Assembly (NCBI RefSeq): GCF_006345805.1
Contig: NC_042999.1
Coordinates: 146,940,001 to 147,004,000 of the forward strand
Length of the DNA stretch: 64,000 bases
Reading direction: 5' to 3'
DNA from: Octopus sinensis
Lineage: Eukaryota
Each line of letters opens with the position of its first letter. The first letter of the stretch is position 1. Shown here piece by piece: positions 60,053 to 64,000 of this stretch. The notes beneath the pieces are model-generated. The model was not told the origin of the DNA, did no database searches, and was given only the letters and a program-made list of their open reading frames with translations. The translations under genes and the position numbers were made by a program.

Positions 60053-60490
60053 TTACTACCTGTTGCAGTTGTTTCAAACTCTGGTCAACTGAAAAAACCC
60101 AGCCGTGCCCGGTCCGTCTCCTTTTCTCTTCTCATTCATTGATTCCAAATATCTCGGACGAAACTATTCAAAGTAACCTTGATGTAGAGATTTCGTGGCT
60201 ATTTCTAACAAGTGCGTTGGCCACGTATAAGACAGCCCCTCATACGTTCACTCGATGTTTGTGGTGATGATGGTAGTGATGCTGGGGCTCATGAAAGTAG
60301 TGTTGGTTGGGGTAGAAGAGGTTATTAGGATAGTGGTTTCGGTGGTAGCAATGGTAGTGCTTTGTGTTGGCGCTAGTGATATTGTTGTTTGTGACGGTAG
60401 TGGAGCTACTGTATCGTTAGCTGTGGCGATGGTTGCAGTAGTAGTAGTAGTAGTAGTAGTAATTGTTGTTGTTGTTGTTATAGTAATTGT
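57690..60490. repeat. Degenerate trinucleotide/low-complexity field (ACT, GCT, GTT) with embedded element fragments
   Basis: Seen directly. Includes a SINE C fragment at 58505-58693 (minus). Confidence 0.8.
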
Positions 60491-60608
60491 AGACATTCTT
60501 TATCTTGTTTTTGTGTCTCCTTCATACTTGGTCTGTATTTTTGTTTTTATCTAAATTTACAAAATGTAAATGAATATCTATCTGTCTATCTATCTGTCTG
60601 TCTGTCTG

Positions 60609-60646
<38 letters not shown>

Positions 60647-60657
60647 ATATATATATA

Positions 60658-60689
<32 letters not shown>

Positions 60690-60767
60690 CTAATATTATA
60701 CATTATAATATTATATATATATATATATATATACGTTTATATACACATATACTCACACACACACTTA

Positions 60768-60800
<33 letters not shown>

Positions 60801-60805
60801 CCCTT

Positions 60806-60941
<136 letters not shown>

Positions 60942-61160
60942 TATATATTATATATTTATGTATACATATATTTACACACGTGCACACACACACTCATCTA
61001 TCTATCTCTCTATCTCTCTATATATAATTATTAATGTATATAGGTGCTCATATAATCCGCTACTATATGTAGTATGCATACACACATTCACAGATGCATG
61101 TACACACATAGGCCGGATATTGATGTCTGAGACAGACAAGAAACACCATGTACCGTCAAA

Positions 61161-61568
61161 GAGATCAGTTGTCCTGCTGATGTGAATATCTGTTTGAAAA
61201 TCAAGGAGAACCAGGCGAAATATGGTCAACTGCTTCGAAACCTCCAACTTCTATATCCAGATTATACATTCATATTTATACCAACAATAATTGGTGCTCT
61301 TAGCTTTGGGAGTATGTGTCTAAGTCGCAATCTGGATAAGCTAGGGTTTTTAGAAAAAGAATTCAACCGACTGATTCGCACTTTACAAATACTATGTGTA
61401 AGTGGAACAGTAATAATATTCAAGACATTTCTCAACGTTAAAATATGACATCATACTTCGTTTTTGTATTTGGTTTACAAGATGTGAATTCATGTGTTGA
61501 TACAAATCTTGTTGTATCTTCTGAAAGTTATCACGCCAATAGTAATAATAACAATAATAATAATAATA

Positions 61569-61666
<98 letters not shown>

Positions 61667-61695
61667 GTAATAATAAAAATAATAATAATAATAAG
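61161..61695 (+). pseudogene. R4/Dong-type (restriction-like endonuclease) non-LTR retrotransposon 3' end with (TAA)n tail or target
   Basis: [48 protein letters not shown]...SGTVIIFKTFL (RLE C-terminus, stop at 61448), short 3'UTR, then (TAA)n 61543-61695. Confidence 0.75.
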
Positions 61696-63360
61696 AAGAA
61701 GAACAACAACAACAACAAAAACAACAACAACACACGCACTGGTTCAATATCATTTCTTTATTGTTAGTCAATGGCTAATCGATCGTTCATTTAATGTGTT
61801 GGTTAAACAATCAAACGGTTGTTTGTTTGCCAAAGTCCCTCTGTCACAATTCATCAATGACATGCCGCTTCTCTTCAAATTCTGCCTTGAGTGTGTTTCA
61901 AGATTTTGTGTCATGTCTGTGTGTATGTATGCTTGTATGAATTAAGATGTGTGGCCGCTTACAAAAGAAGAGAAGTGTGAGTAAATGAAGAGTATATATG
62001 TGTGCATGTGTGCGTATTTGTGCGGTTATGTGTGTCTGCCTATGGCCATGCTTATATGTTTGTGAATGTGTGCGCCATGTCTTCTTTAAGGGGTCGGCCT
62101 TTTGTTCAAGTTCAGTTCGGTCCCAGATCTGCAAGGATTTGCTTCATTTATGGCAGTAATACTTTATGTAGGGCGGAGGGAAGTGATAACAGAGTGTGTG
62201 TGTGTGTGTGAGTGTCTGACTGCTTGTGCGAGCGTTTGAAGTGTGTGGTCTAGAGTGCGACGGATGAGTCGGTTGTGTGAGTCAGTGCGTATGCTGTATG
62301 TGTGTTTGTGTTAATTTGTGAGTGTTTGCATTCAAAGGTGTGCATTCCATTACATGTGTGTGCGCACCTGGGTATGCGTGAAGTGTAGCCATTTGTTTTA
62401 ACAGGTAAGCATCAGTGCGTATGCCTGCATATGTGCGTTTTTCGTGAGCGTGAATGTCTTCTAGCGTACTTGTATTTGTGAGCGTATGTGTGCTCGAATG
62501 CTTGCGCATGTCTGTATGTGTGTATGTCTGCATATGTATATGTCTGTATGTTTAGTATATGCGCGAGGACTTCAGTGTGTGGTTGTCTGTTCAAGTGTGT
62601 GTATTTGTGTGTGTGTGTGCGTATGTATGTGCGATTATGCGTTCGTGTGTGTGTGCGTGCACTACCACGCGGTGGTGGAGGTGTATGGTAGTGTGTTGGA
62701 ATTGTTGATAATTGCCTGTATTTATTTGTATGGATTTCCCTGTACCCTGCAGTCATTTTAATCCTACCCTATAGACACATGCAATCCACCCATACACATG
62801 GACGCACATGTGTGTGTACACACACACAAGCACACACACAAATACACACAATACACACACATACAGACACTACACACCCTGTGTGGGTGGTATCAGTGAC
62901 GTTGAGTTGGTTCTACTACTTGCTACGTATATTTTCTATTCAGTATTAGCCATATCTTATTTATGAGGACATACGTATCTGTCGTAACGAAAGGTCACTT
63001 GGATGTTTAGGCAAGATTTGGATACTACTTTGATTAATATGCCGCCTTGGTGATCTTGACATGCTAATAGAATATAGATAACTTCTCCGTCCTATTATAC
63101 TCCCACCAGTGTGCATTTAATCTCTCAGTTGAATGATTTTAAGTCTCCGCAATGTATATAACATTCCTGATATTGAAATCACCCTGCGATCATTTTATGC
63201 GGTAGACGATATTTTTGGTCTTATAGTTACTACTGGGTCGCATTAAACGAAATGACTGATTAGTTGGGTGATTATATATTTCAACGACTGACTAACTATA
63301 ATGAAGTGATATTTGACGAATGTTTGTGTCTATTATTATTAGCGTAATATTGCTGCCAAG

Positions 63361-63765
63361 AAAGGCGGCAAGCAGGCAGAAAGGTTAGCACGCCGGGCAA
63401 AATGCGTAGCCGTATTTCGTCTGTCGTTACGTTGTGAGTTCGAATTCCGCCAAGGTCGACTTTGCCTTTCATCCTTTCGGGGTCGATTAAAAAAGTACGA
63501 GTTACACACTGGGGTCGATATAATCGACTTAATCCGTGTGTCTGTCCTTGTTTGTCCCCCTCTGTGTTCAGCCCCTTGTGGGTAGTAAAGAAATAGATAT
63601 TTCGTCTGCCGCTATGTTCTGAGTTCAAATTCCGCTGAGGTCGACTTTGCCTTTCATCCATTCGGAGGTCGATAAAGTAATTACCAGTTGCGTACTGGGG
63701 TCGATCTAATCGACTGGCCCTCTCCACAAAAATGTCGGGCCTTGTGTCTTGAGTAGAAACGAATA
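63361..63765 (+). mobile_element. SINE family B, dimeric
   Basis: aaggcggcaagcaggcagaaaggttagcacgccgggc...; body repeated. Confidence 0.85.
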
Positions 63766-64000
63766 TGCTTGACAAGAAGAAATGTGATATGGTTAGTTCT
63801 CTAATTCCAAAGATAGAGTTTGCGTCTTTGTTAGAAACTAGCTCCTTCTTTAGAGAAAGGATTTAACTAATTAAAAACATTGTCTAGGGTGTTGCACCCA
63901 TGATCGTGAGATCATGGTTTCAATTCATCAAACGGGTGGTAAATTGTGCTCTTGAGCAAACCACTTCATCGCATGTTTCCCTGCGATTACAGTGCACCTG

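Overview
This is AT-rich, microsatellite-dense eukaryotic DNA, mostly intronic or intergenic. The repeat families resemble those of Octopus or another cephalopod (inferred by recognition; no search was run). Almost all ORFs in the supplied track are microsatellite artefacts. The supportable content is: (i) the probable 5' end of a minus-strand host gene at the left edge, with an RFX X-box-like site at ~6.8 kb and candidate exons at 6514-~6780, 969-1243 and <=183; (ii) many copies of three tRNA-derived SINE families; (iii) decayed LINEs (CR1-type, RTE-type and R4/Dong-type), a Tc1/mariner transposase remnant, a Helitron and several MITEs; (iv) most notably, about 15 type-I minimal hammerhead-ribozyme (HHR) motifs, intact or decayed, of the kind found in Penelope-like element (PLE) terminal repeats. 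Most HHRs occur as divergent inverted pairs, usually embedded in (TA)n tracts. One pair has near-perfect ~380-bp arms. Another encloses a ~100-bp copy of host DNA from ~560 bp upstream. A tRNA-head/(AAT)n/HHR module occurs both directly behind a PLE GIY-YIG ORF and on its own.
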